A stretch of 63,911 bases of DNA, filler included, from Trypethelium eluteriae (taxonomy: Eukaryota), in assembly GCA_051942245.1 (NCBI GenBank). It is 5 parts of 5 records of this genome, joined end to end, with 100 filler letters (N's around TTAATTAATTAA, not from the genome) between each part and the next. Parts side by side here need not be neighbours in the genome. Positions count along the whole stretch, not along the records: positions 1 to 12,841 come from JAVECL010000751.1; 4 more parts are not named here. The stretch is one strand, 5' to 3'. Positions 1-11,127 of this stretch are shown here, piece by piece. Position numbers and translations under genes: made by a program. The notes under the pieces were generated by a model that saw only the letters and a list, made by a program, of their open reading frames with translations, was not told the DNA's origin and did no database searches. Every line of letters starts with the position of its first letter. Position 1 is the stretch's first letter.

Positions 1-810
1 GTGGCGGGACGCAGGGGAGAGGGATGACGGTGAGGGACGTGTAATTGGTTGGATGGGTGCTCCGTACCTGGCTGTGAGAAGGGTCGAGGGGAGTTGGGTC
101 TGGAATGGGTGTGAAGAGCACGTGGACGGAAAGGAATTGGCCGGTACATTCCGGCTCATAGCTGTTGCCGGGAAATTGCAGTGTGGCTCAGCAGGAAGAG
201 TTCTCGTATCTTAGCGCTTTTGGAGCTGCAGCATTCGGCCGGTTGAGGATAATGGAAGAATTGCTGATTTATCGGGAGTAGGGATGAGCTTCCGTAAAAG
301 GTCGAAGGGTTGGTTGCAGGGATAGAGCCTGACCTACGGAGCTTTTTCGAAGGCCTTCTTGAGAATTGATTGGTGTTTGGTGAACACAGAATTAAATGGC
401 GCTCCAATTGTTCATGGGTTTGGTCAAGAGCCGCATGGATAGTCGTGCCGAACTTCTTTTGATGTTGTCTGGGTTGCGCCACAGCTGTGGCTGAGGATGA
501 CGATCCCATTGCTGAAGTGTCCAGGTGTCTTGCCGATCATAAACGCATCAGGTATAGCTTTGATCTTTACCGTGGCGCAGGGCGCTGATCTTCAATTCCA
601 GACCAATGAGATTTACGACGGTCTTTTGGTGAGACTGCTTCCGAGTATTTTGGGCGCGCAAATTTTCCGTACAGTGGGTTCGAGACATGCATTATTCTGC
701 TTTAGCTTGCTGCAAACTGCTGGGGCTGTGTCGTAAGCTCTTGGCCTTGGAGCATTCACTAAAATGCTTTCCATTATTTTGCCAAGTGGAAAAGCTATTG
801 ACAACATACA

Positions 811-2300
811 ATGACTTTGAAAGATGATGCCGACGATGGCATCATGCCATACACGATGCATGTATGTCAATTGAGAACACTGTATCTGATTGACTTGAGT
901 TAACTTATTAGGTCTCTGCCCGATATCTCGAGCTGACAAGGAAGAAGCTAGAGCTTACCCGCTTGCCAAGAGAACTAGAGCTCCCTGATCAGAGAAAGTG
1001 GGATTATGGAACCCCAAAGGCAGTCCTGGAACCCATAGTAGATTATTGGCAAGTACTTGGTGAACAAACGCAAGAGTAGACCCACTAATAACTATGTAGG
1101 ATGGAGGAATATAACTGGAGAGATCAAGAGACCACTTTCAATAACAGGCTGCCTCAATTCCGAACAACAGTCAATGTAGGGCTGAGCTCCACAAGCTCGG
1201 GAGACGAAGCGCGTAGAAAGTTGCATTTTGCCCATACGCGTTCATCCGCGGAACGAGCAATTCCGTTGCTCTTCTGTCATGGCTGGCCGCCTAGCTTCAC
1301 AGAGGTGATCAAGATTATTGATCAATTGTCCAACCCTATCTCTACTCCACCAAGAGGCTCGCAAGATGCTCTTGGCTTCCATGTGGTAGCCCCCAGTATA
1401 CCGGGGTTCGGTTTTAGCGACGCAAGTTCAGGCGAAACATTTGGTCTGAGAAAGACTGCAGAAATCTTTGATGCGCTGATGAAGCGACTAGGATATGAAG
1501 AGTATGTTGCTTACGGTGGTGATTGGTAAGTGCATGGTCGAAAGACATGGCCATTCACTTAGAAATGCGAATGCTGATAGATCGTTAGGGGCTTTAAGAT
1601 CTGTCGAATGCTAGCCTTGCACCATCAGAGTAGTTGCCGAGCCATTTATACCAATTCTCCGGACGTACCACCACCTGCTCCTCGAATAGCTCCTGTTGCC
1701 TACCTTAAGTACCAAGTCGCACGGCTTACAAGAGGCCGAATACCTTTTCTTCGATTTGGCTACACTCCTTCGGATATCTTGGCACCGAGCCGAACCCAGC
1801 GGGAGAGACTGTCCAACAAGCCCTTTGAAGATCAAAGCTTTCGACCTCAAACAACAGCGCACTCTCTCTGCGATTCGCCGGTCGGCCTGTTGGCGTGTAT
1901 GCTCGATGCCATCCGTCCTTCTCTCTCGTTAAAGCAATGGTCAAACACAGACATCCTAAATTGGACTATGATGCATTGGTTGCCTGGTCCGGAGGCTGCA
2001 TTACGTTGGCTTCGGCAAGCAAGCCTGGAGGCAAGAAAAGATTGCTGGAAGAGATACAGCCCTACACCATTGGGGATCAGTAGCTTCGGAAAGCTTGCGG
2101 AAGAGCCCATCTCCAGTCCGCCTCCTTGGACGGAGGGATGGCAACGTCTTTGCTGGTTGAGACGGCACGAGAGAGCTGCCAAATGGCCTGCTTGGGATGC
2201 GCCAGAGGAGACCGTAATAGATCTCAGAGAGTGCTTTGGAGAGATGATCGAGCGTCGGCTACTAGTTTTTCATGATACTTCTCTAGTTAGGGAGGAATGA
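811..2300 (+). CDS. Epoxide hydrolase-like alpha/beta hydrolase (microsomal EH/EHN family), 4 exons: 811-861, 912-1048, 1100-1525, 1589-2300
   Basis: Spliced translation is continuous: MTLKDDADDGIMPYTMH/VSARYLELTRKKLELTRLPRE..WDYGTP..VDYW/MEEYNWR..HGWP..FHVVAPSIPGFGFS..GGDW/G. Has the oxyanion HGWP and nucleophile GGDWG motifs. Intron 2 (1049-1099) is GC-AG. Confidence 0.88.
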
Positions 2301-2833
2301 TAATGATAATACCAAAAGGAGCAGACAGTTACACACGATCCCTTCAAAATCTTGTCCAAGTAGAGAGAGAGCGTTTCGATCGGAAGATCATGGTCGAAGA
2401 GTAAGCACGGCATCTTGCTGTCAGTCACATCTGCACTTCAGGAAAGTTCTCAGTGAGGGTATGAGGCTGAAGCTGAGTGGCACCGGGCACTACCGAGCAG
2501 TGTACGGAGTACCGTACCTTACAGGATGTGGCGTCACTGCGGCGCAAATTTTGGGAAAATCCCTCATCATATTTCGGCACTCCATAAACTTTCGCCTAAA
2601 ATCCCACTCCACTTTCTCCCTCGCACATTTCCACGCGCACCAAGATTTTCTCTGTGAACTGATTGCAGTGTCTGCAAATTGGCTTGATGAGACTTACATA
2701 GGACCACCTTTGTCTCGCCACCCAGTCAGTCAATCGCCGATTCTTCGCATCTGCGCGCACACCGCTGCTCGCACGCGACCAAATTCACCAAACAAAACTA
2801 CAAACCCCTCCTGGAGATATTATCCTGGTTTGC

Positions 2834-3110
2834 ATGAGGCAAACTCTTCGAATCATCAATAACTGGGACATACCCTCTGGAATATAACCTGCCTGGCTGC
2901 CAAGAAGCCTTGCAGTGGTGCCGCTCCTACTTGTAACTTTACCCTCTTCCATGCGTCCAGAGGATCTCGTGCGGTTCTTGTCCAAGCCAGCGAAGTAAGT
3001 CTGGTCCTTCCTTTTCTATCATAGACGATCTGGATCTCTTAAATGCTTCCTCTGCTTCAACAGCACCAGGAACTTTACCTAACTGATACCGCATTCATAG
3101 GCCCAGATAA
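2834..3110 (+). promoter_or_regulatory. Two AUG uORFs upstream of SPE2: 2834-2887 (MRQTLRIINNWDIPSGI*) and 2951-3110 spliced (MRPEDLVRFLSKPAKPR*)
   Basis: Direct translation. They are real uORFs only if the transcript starts upstream of them; the TSS is unknown. Confidence 0.45.
2995..3100 (+). other. Putative 5'UTR intron of SPE2
   Basis: GTAAGT donor at 2995, CTAAC/CTGAT branch candidates near 3079-3087, CATAG acceptor ending at 3100; lies upstream of the SPE2 ATG. Confidence 0.65.
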
Positions 3111-3241
3111 CACGAGCTACTTCCGTTTCCTACATTGCCTACCCTACTTCCTCATTTGAGCAGATAAACCTCAATCTGCTGGAACCGATACTTCCCACGG
3201 TATCGGCATCTATCAGATAGAGGAGGCATCAACTAGCCACC

Positions 3242-3292
3242 ATTCCGCGGCGCAAGGCCTCTTTTATCCCCCTTTCTGCCCGACCTCCATAA
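3242..3292 (+). promoter_or_regulatory. Near-cognate (AUU) initiated uORF, (M)PRRKASFIPLSARPP*
   Basis: GCCACC-ATT at 3236-3244, 16 codons, ending CCT CCA TAA. It lies in an ATG-free 430-nt stretch (3101-3531) before SPE2. Confidence 0.6.
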
Positions 3293-3531
3293 TACCCTTT
3301 TCTCGGACCTTCCATACAATACCTCGACTGCTGCTGGCGTAAAGCCAGCCTCCGATTTTCCCACAAATTGTGGGCCTTCTCTTCTCGGGCGAGTACCGCA
3401 TTGCTCGTCTGGGTGGCAGATTGAGCATCACTGCCCTATTGCCTTCCCTACCAAGGGCAACACGGATCAGGATTTCACCCACTGCGGTTAGTCATTACAC
3501 ATAAGTCCTCGAGCCAGAAAGCATCATTGAG

Positions 3532-5151
3532 ATGAGCATCAATATTGGCATACCAAAGGAACAAGTACTATCACCATCGCTGAGTAGTACCCCCCAATTA
3601 ACAATCAACCGTGAGGCCACGATCGACCTCGATTCTAGTAATGCATTCGAAGGCCCAGAAAAACTTCTCGAGGTTTGGTTTGCTCCGTCTCCGGAAGCAC
3701 TTCCCTTCGGTACCCAGGCCGATGGCTTGAAATCCGTATCCACTGAAGCCTGGAAGGAGATGCTTGACCTTGTCCATTGCAAAATCTTGTCCATCGTTGA
3801 GTCGGAGCATGTCGATGCATACCTACTTTCCGAATCAAGCATGTTTGTCTTTCCCCATAAACTTGTGTTGAAGACCTGCGGTACTACCACTCTTCTCTGG
3901 GGATTGCATCGTATGCTTGAAATAGCCCTCACTTACGCTGGTTTTCCCCATCATCCTGGCAGTCTCGTCAAGGATGCCAGTTCTTCTGCAGCAGCTCCAT
4001 ACCGCGTCTTCTACAGTCGCAAGAATTTCCTCTATCCCGATCAGCAGAAAGGGCCTCACCGAAGTTGGGGTGATGAGGTCAGATTCCTCGATCGCCTCTT
4101 CCTGAATGGTAGTGCCTATATGATCGGAAAGATGAATGGTGATCATTGGTATTTGTATATTACGGGGCCAAATATGCAGCTTACACCCCCTCAAACTCCA
4201 GACAATGAGGAAACGCCAGCCACAGAGACTCAATTTTCCAATTCCCCGGATCGATTTGTTGAAACAAGTGTGACTGGGTACAACGGAGAGGTTGATGAAA
4301 CTTTGGAAATTCTAATGACGGATCTGGATGAGCAAAACGCCAAGCAATTCTACCTCGATCACGCGAGTGCGGTCGCGGGTGGTCGATTCATGGAGAATGC
4401 TCGTAATGCTCGAAATGACGCTATCAGCAATTTGGGAACCATCCCAGAACAAAAAGAGGACTTTGCTCTCCCCGGACCCAAGATACCGGTCGGTTGCTGC
4501 TCCTCTAATGTCTCTGAACTGAAATCATCAGAGCACAGCAAGATACATTCCGGCCCAAGCCCTGCGACACCAGAAGAAAGTGGCTTGACATTTCCAGAGG
4601 AGCTTACCACGGAAGGTCATGCGCTTGGTACTGTCGTATCCGAGGCATGCGGTCTTTCGGGTATCTATCCCAAGGAGAAATACCCAGATGCACGCATCGA
4701 CGCCTACCTCTTCACACCCTGTGGCTTCTCTGCTAATGGCGTCATCCCGGTCCCTGCTACAGACGAGGCCAAGGAGAAAGCGGGAGCATCTACGGATCCC
4801 CTCTCCACTCATTACTTTACCGTCCACGTCACGCCTGAATCGCAGTGCTCATACGCTTCATTCGAAACGAATGTACCGGCGCGTACTTGTGGTCGCACAG
4901 CAGCCGAGATTGTTCAACAAGTTGTTCGAATCTTTCGTCCAGGACGCTTCAGCGTGACACTTTTCGAGGCTAATAACGTGGGCAGGAACAAGAAAGCGAA
5001 GAAGGGTGGAAAGGCGATGGAATGCATTCAGGGATATCGTCGGGTGGATAGGATTGTGCATGACCTGGATGGATATGACCTCATCTTCAGGTACTACGAG
5101 AGGGACGATTGGAAAGGTGGGGCACCGAGACTGGGTGAGATCTCATTTTAA
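3532..5151 (+). CDS. SPE2: S-adenosylmethionine decarboxylase proenzyme
   Basis: AFEGPEKLLEVWF; YLLSE^SSMFV autocleavage/pyruvoyl site; LKTCGTTT; FTPCGFSAN; TVHVTPE..SYASFETN. Single exon. Confidence 0.97.
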   Translation: MSINIGIPKEQVLSPSLSSTPQLTINREATIDLDSSNAFEGPEKLLEVWFAPSPEALPFGTQADGLKSVSTEAWKEMLDLVHCKILSIVESEHVDAYLLSESSMFVFPHKLVLKTCGTTTLLWGLHRMLEIALTYAGFPHHPGSLVKDASSSAAAPYRVFYSRKNFLYPDQQKGPHRSWGDEVRFLDRLFLNGSAYMIGKMNGDHWYLYITGPNMQLTPPQTPDNEETPATETQFSNSPDRFVETSVTGYNGEVDETLEILMTDLDEQNAKQFYLDHASAVAGGRFMENARNARNDAISNLGTIPEQKEDFALPGPKIPVGCCSSNVSELKSSEHSKIHSGPSPATPEESGLTFPEELTTEGHALGTVVSEACGLSGIYPKEKYPDARIDAYLFTPCGFSANGVIPVPATDEAKEKAGASTDPLSTHYFTVHVTPESQCSYASFETNVPARTCGRTAAEIVQQVVRIFRPGRFSVTLFEANNVGRNKKAKKGGKAMECIQGYRRVDRIVHDLDGYDLIFRYYERDDWKGGAPRLGEISF

Positions 5152-6333
5152 TTCGAGAGTGAGGGGAGAGAGCAGATGTATAATGCCTTTATTTTTATTG
5201 AGACCATAACGAATCTTTCCAGGCCAAGCTCTCACACTTTTCTGCCCCTTTCGAAACATAAGCTCCTGGTTCGAATCATATTATTCATGGGGAGAATATC
5301 TCTTTCATCTGGATGGTTGCCAAGCTGATGGGTACGAGAACGCGACACATCAACATCGACAGCATTGCATGTATAGGCGAGGGCGAGGCCAGCCGTCTAC
5401 AATCAAAAGGAGATGATCATTACTAGTGCGGAATCCATGCGACATCATAATATTAACAATTCTATTGGTGATAATCTAGATCTTGCCAAAATCACCAGGT
5501 CTATGGAGGCGACTCATGATGATCATCAATTATTAGCAGCAACAAGCTCTTGCTAAAATCTAGCCCTTTCAATAACGTACCAAGCCCTGAAAGTCACCTA
5601 TCTTGGCGTGCTAGTCATCGACAGTTGAAGGATCATAGCTAATTCAATACCCCCCGATTGGTCGATCATGTGTCGTAGCTTCCTGGACTTATCCATGGTC
5701 TGGCGCTAAACAGTGTCTCAGCCCCATGAACAATCCGCCCACCTTAAATTTACTTCGAACGCTGTCCTCCTTCCCAGCGCGTGAACGACTACAATTTCAT
5801 CATGAAGAGAAACCGAGATTGAAGAAGCTCAAGGCCGAGTAATCGCTCCGACAAAGATGGACAAGTTTATCAAGAAGATCAACAACTCAGTAAGATACCT
5901 AATTAGCTGTTTGACTCGTCGAAAGATGGATCCATAGCAAGGTCCAAACACGAAAAATTGATCCAACACGTCGCTCGCAGCCTAAACATGCGTGAAACAG
6001 CGGGGACTAGGTCTGTTTGGCCTAGCAAGGCAAGTCATTGCAGAGCTATCCAGTCGCTACCTGTCCGTCGGTCTGTAGGCGCTGGCATTACCCCGTCCGT
6101 TTCTTCACCTGCCCGTCAGGGCCTTCGTTATCACTCCAATTGAGGGCTCCATCGTAATGTGCGGGAGGATTTTAGGCTCTCCGCCTTTGGAGCTCTCGAG
6201 AAGGGGTGTGCTTTAGTAAAGCAAGAGCGGAATGATCGTTCTTAAGGTGAGTAGGTCCGGATGGAAGGGTCGCTCGTCCGTCTGGCCGAAGGTGTTGTCT
6301 TGAGGTGTCTTTGCACGCTCGTTCTCATCCGCC

Positions 6334-9300
6334 ATGGTAGTGCAGCAGAGCCTCTGCTTACGCCTAGCCGTCCTTTCGTTTATTTTTTCACTCGTTTTGT
6401 TTGTGCGGGGTGAGCCTATCTCTTCGTCACATGGGTTGGTAGGAGTGGGAGATTTCGTCGCCTCACCACTATCTTTAAGCAATCGATCTTCAGCAAACTC
6501 TACAGGCCATACTTTTCCACAATCAACGTCGACCGTCGACAACAAAAGCGAGAATAAAGAGACTGCCCGGAAAGAATCTTCTACCAATGTAGCCATAACG
6601 ACGGAGACAGTATCCCCCGTTCCTCACCTCACAGCATCATCTCAGAATCGATCTTCTCGGCACATTTCCTCGACCGCCATCAGGTCTTACGCTCCTACCC
6701 GCCTGTCTCTCACACGTGCATCAGCTCGCGTGTCTTCAACCCGTCAAAAGCCTTCGGCTTTGTCTGGTGGAATACGCAGCCAAAATGCTTCTGCAACCAG
6801 CATCATTGGACCAGGGAGTAACGTCACGAATTCCTCATCGGAATTGTTGCAAGAGCTTGAGGGGTTGACCGCGCAACTGTCTGATATTCCCTATCTGAAC
6901 TCGACCCTGAACAATGGGACGACGAATATGAGCGCGTGCTTTCAAAACTGGGAGATGTACTCCGATGCAATTGGCCAGCTGAGTTTCTTTTGGCTTGCTG
7001 CAGCCATAACATCTAGTACTAGCCATCTTACCTCCACTTCCAGCATCATCACATCTTACGCCAGCCGCTTTCAGGATGTGACAAGCGCTGCTTTCACCAG
7101 TGCTCAGCAAAATTGGACGACTACGTTGACACGAACTGACTATTCGTCATGGGCGGCAAACTTCTCAACATCATGGTCAACCTTTGAAAATTACACAACC
7201 GCAACGCAGAAGGAAATCAACGTTTCGACATTGGGGGTACCAACACCATCTTGTGTGCTTCCATCCATCGTTCCAGCTTGCCAAGCTCAGTGGGATAATG
7301 TCAAGCCTATGAACTACAATTGGAGCATCCACGATTCTTACCCGATATGTCAGCAAGCAATTGTAAAACCTCAAGTCTGTAGTGCGATGCAGTACGAATA
7401 CACTGGCACACAAAGTGGACTGTCTCTAGGACCGGGGTGCACTGCCAATTGTCAGCAATGCATAGTGACTGGAAAATCTGTCGAGTTAATCTATTGGCCT
7501 GTGAAAACGGCGCCAGGTCAGAAGAACGTCACTATCACGCCTACGGAGACAGGGTTAGTTACTGCCACAGGATTCGGAACGACTTTTACGTCACCGACAG
7601 TGTACATTTCCTTTGATCAATTGTGGGCGAACAATCACTGCGGACGTCCTGTCGGTACTACTATCGATAACAAGATTATACCGGTCTCCGCTTCAGATGT
7701 GTCAACCATCACAAACCAATGGGGCATCTACCAAGTAGGAGGAGAACCAAATCCACCTCCGCCATCCGTCCAAGGCGGCCAGCTAAATTTCGCAGATCTG
7801 AACCAACCAGTAAGCTGCTAAGATCCGTGACCAGACTGCATTGCTGATAGTCGCCATAGTATGACTGGAGTTCCTACCTGAATCAACCGGCATGCGCCTG
7901 CCGCTACTTCGGAACCGACTGCCCCTGCAGCACTGTCCTCCGCGACTTCAAACCACAGCTCGTTCTGCCCCCCCAAGTCCGCGCCTTGGATCCTGCGTGG
8001 GCGAGTTGCGAAATGCAATGGGACGGTGTCTACGATCCCCCCTACGCGCTCTACCCTGCAGAGCAAGCAGCTGCTCCATCCCCGACTGATCCCTTTTCAA
8101 ACCTGCCGACTGCCACTCCGGCCACTCCCTGCATGACTCCCGTGCCACCTACGCCGACGTCCACGGGTGCAGCTGTCTCTGGCGATCCAGGGAATGCGGG
8201 AGTTCCAGAAAACTCGGGACAGCCAGCAGATCCGGGTCCTTCGTCTGCAGCTTTGCAGCCGGCGCCTCCGGCTCGGTCCGCGGATCCGGGTGGTGTCATT
8301 GTTTCGATGGTTAATGGTGGCTCGCCTCAAAACCCAGATCCTGCCAGCGGTGGTGGTGGTTCCGGTAGTGGTGCTGCTGCGTCTCCTGCTCCCGGTCCAG
8401 ATGCAAACGGAAGCGCGAATGACCCGGACGCCGGGACTGGCAGTGTTTCAGTGGCAGGCTCTAATGGAGATCCTGGAGCTGGAGGCGGTACATCGGGGTC
8501 TGGCTCTGGGGTAGGAAATGGCGTGGGCAGTGAGCCTGACAGTGGTAGCCGAGGAAGTGGAAGTGGTTCTGGGTCTGGAGGCAGCGTGGCACCCGCTGGT
8601 GGTGTTTCAGCGGGAGACTCGAATGGTGACCCTGGAGCTGGAGCTGGAGCTGGACCTGCGGTAGGGAACGGGGTCAGCGGTGGTAGCGGAGGAAGTGGGA
8701 GTGATTCCGGGTCTGGAGGCAGCGCGACCCCTGCTGATAGTACTCCAGCGGGAGGCTCGAATGGTGTTCCTGAAGCTGGACCTGGATCTGCGGCAGGGAA
8801 CGGAGCCAGCGGTGGTAGCGGAGGAAGTGGGAGTGACTCCGGGTCTGGAGGCAGCGCGGTGCCCACTGGTGGTCCTCCAGCGGGAGGCTCCAATGGTGCC
8901 CCTGAAGCTGGACTTGGAGCTGGATCTGCGGCAGGGAACGGAGCCAGCAGTGGAAATGGAAGCGGCAGTGGCAGTGGAGGTCCTGGAGGAGACGGTGGCC
9001 CTGGGTCTGGGGGGAACGCAGATTCCGCTGGCTCGCAGCCGAGTCCGGTGCCTGAGGGCGCGCCTGGGAGCTCGCCAGGAAATGCCCCAGCCGACAATCC
9101 AGCAGCTCCAGCAGGCAGTCCACCGGCTCCAGCAGGCAATTCACAGCCTCTTCAGGAGCCTCAACCCATCACTTCCGCAGCCATCATAACCATTGGATCT
9201 GAGACTCATACAGTAGCCTCAGGTGGTGCCCTAATCTTAGGCTCCGCTACTATCGTTCCTGGTGGTCCTGCTGCTACAGTCTCAGGCCAGGTTGTCAGTG

Positions 9301-10814
9301 TGGCATCGGGTGGCGTGGCCGTTGGGGGAAATACTGTCTCCTACCTTCAACCACTCGCAGGCGCTTCTCAAGCTCAGCCTACGGCTATCATTACGATCGG
9401 ATCACAGGTTCATACTGTTCAAGCAGGGGGTGCTCTTGATCTTGGCTCAACGACTCTCGTTCCTGGTGGCCCTGCTGCCACCGTCTCAGGCAAAGTTGTG
9501 AGTTTAGCTCCCCAAGGGGTGGCTGTGGCGAGCAGTACAGTCGCCTATTCTGCACCTCCAGTCTCTGTTTCAGTCGCAGGGTCTCCTTCGTCCGGTGCAG
9601 TCTTCACGTTTGGCACCCAGACATTTACTGCCCCAGCGGGCTCAGGAGGATCTCTCGTCATGGGATCCACTACCTTGAGACCGGGAGGTGCCCTCACGTT
9701 CTCGGGTACTGTTATTAGCATGGGCACTTCTGGCGTAGTCGTCGGGTCTAGCACATTGCCTGATGTTGTTTTGCCCTCAAACGGAGCCACTCAAACGCCT
9801 GAACCTGTACTTACAGTGCAAGGCGCTCCTTATACGGCGATAAATGGTGGTAGCTTCCTTATTGGAGGGCAGACCCTTGTGCCCGGAGGTACAATCACTG
9901 CCGGTGGCTCAACCATCATTCTATCGCCATCGGGCCAAGCTGCCGTCGCAAATATAAATGGAGTATCTCAGACTCTCAGTACTGCGTTCGGGGGCGCCGG
10001 CTCCCCGCCTTCCGATGCCATCCTGACCATTGGATCCCAGGTAATTACCGCATCCGATCTCAATGGACCTGACATAGTTGCCATTGGCTCTCAGATCCTT
10101 ACTCAGGGTAGCGCGGCAGCTACTATTGCAGGTCAAGCAGTGAGTCTGGGACAAAATGGCTTGGTTGTGGGAGGAACTCAGACGATTCCCATCTCCGCTC
10201 TTGGATCTGGCACCGCTCTACTTTCGGCAAGTTCTGGAGCAGTTTTCAGCATCGGGAGTGAAACCATCACAGCTGTTGATCCAGCAGGTTCATCTGGTGT
10301 TGTCATTATAGGGTCTCAAACGCTCACGCTTGGTGGTGCTGACGCCACGATATCCGGGCAAGAAGTGAGTTTAGCCTCTGGTGGTATTGTTCTTGGGGGC
10401 AGTTCGACTATTCCATTAAGCACAATACCGACTGTTTCGACGAACGCAGTAGCATCGGTCACGTTTACGGGCGTTGATGGCGCTGTCCAAACTGCGTTCT
10501 CTCTTCCCGGTGGCAACGGCGTTGCTGTCATCGGTGGAGCTACTCTCAGCGCAGGTGGTCCGGCTGCAACTATCGATGGCCAATCTGTCAGTGAGGCGAA
10601 TGGCGGTTTGGTGGTCGGGGGCAGCACAATACCGTTCTCAACGATGGCCGGAACAGGTGGGGTGAGTGCGCCCACTGGAAGTGCAGGTGGTTCCACTGCA
10701 TCTGGGAATTCTGGTATAGCTGGCTTGTCTTCTGCGAAAGAATCATTTTCGTGGCCTGCTTTTGCCATTTCACTTCAAGCGATAGGCCTTTTCATCTTCT
10801 TTCTTGTTGTATAG
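6334..10814 (+). CDS. Large secreted, probably GPI-anchored cell-surface glycoprotein (about 1475 aa); exons 6334-7809 and 7860-10814
   Basis: Signal peptide, S/T-rich region, Cys-containing domain (LIYWP..PTVYISF..LDPAWASC..GVYDPP), G/S/P repeats, multiple TLxPGGxAxTISGxxxSL repeats and a hydrophobic C-tail. The intron GTAAGC..CTGAT..CATAG (7810-7859) joins the two ORFs in frame. Confidence 0.8.
8430..9000 (+). repeat. Imperfect coding tandem repeats (GxSNGxPxAGxG..GNG.SGGSGGSGSDSGSGGS, about 40 aa units)
   Basis: The block agcggtggtagcggaggaagtgggagtga(t/c)tccgggtctggaggcagcgcg recurs near 8676 and 8808, with degenerate copies on either side. Confidence 0.8.
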
Positions 10815-11127
10815 ATTAGGGAAGGATTTGATGTATATATCTCGACTACTCCAGATACCCCAACTGAAACGAACACTATCAGAAAGTTATTGGAGACTCT
10901 TCGAGTTGAATTCTGATCAACATAGATCTTAATATGTCTCTGGCCTTTTATCGTGTGCAGGTGTTGAGGGTAATCTACCTTACTGAGGACGAGAGCTCTT
11001 GGAAAGACCCCACCACCCAAGCAAGGGAGGGACGTTTTGGTGCTGAGTCTTATTTAGTACCTGTGAACTGCCATGGCCTCACTTTCTTTCCAACGCAAGA
11101 ATCCTGATCATCCTGCAATACCGCAGA

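Noticed and set aside
156..736. Short ORFs at the window start
   Set aside because: No recognisable motif or consistent spliced model; may be UTR or promoter of a gene beyond the edge.
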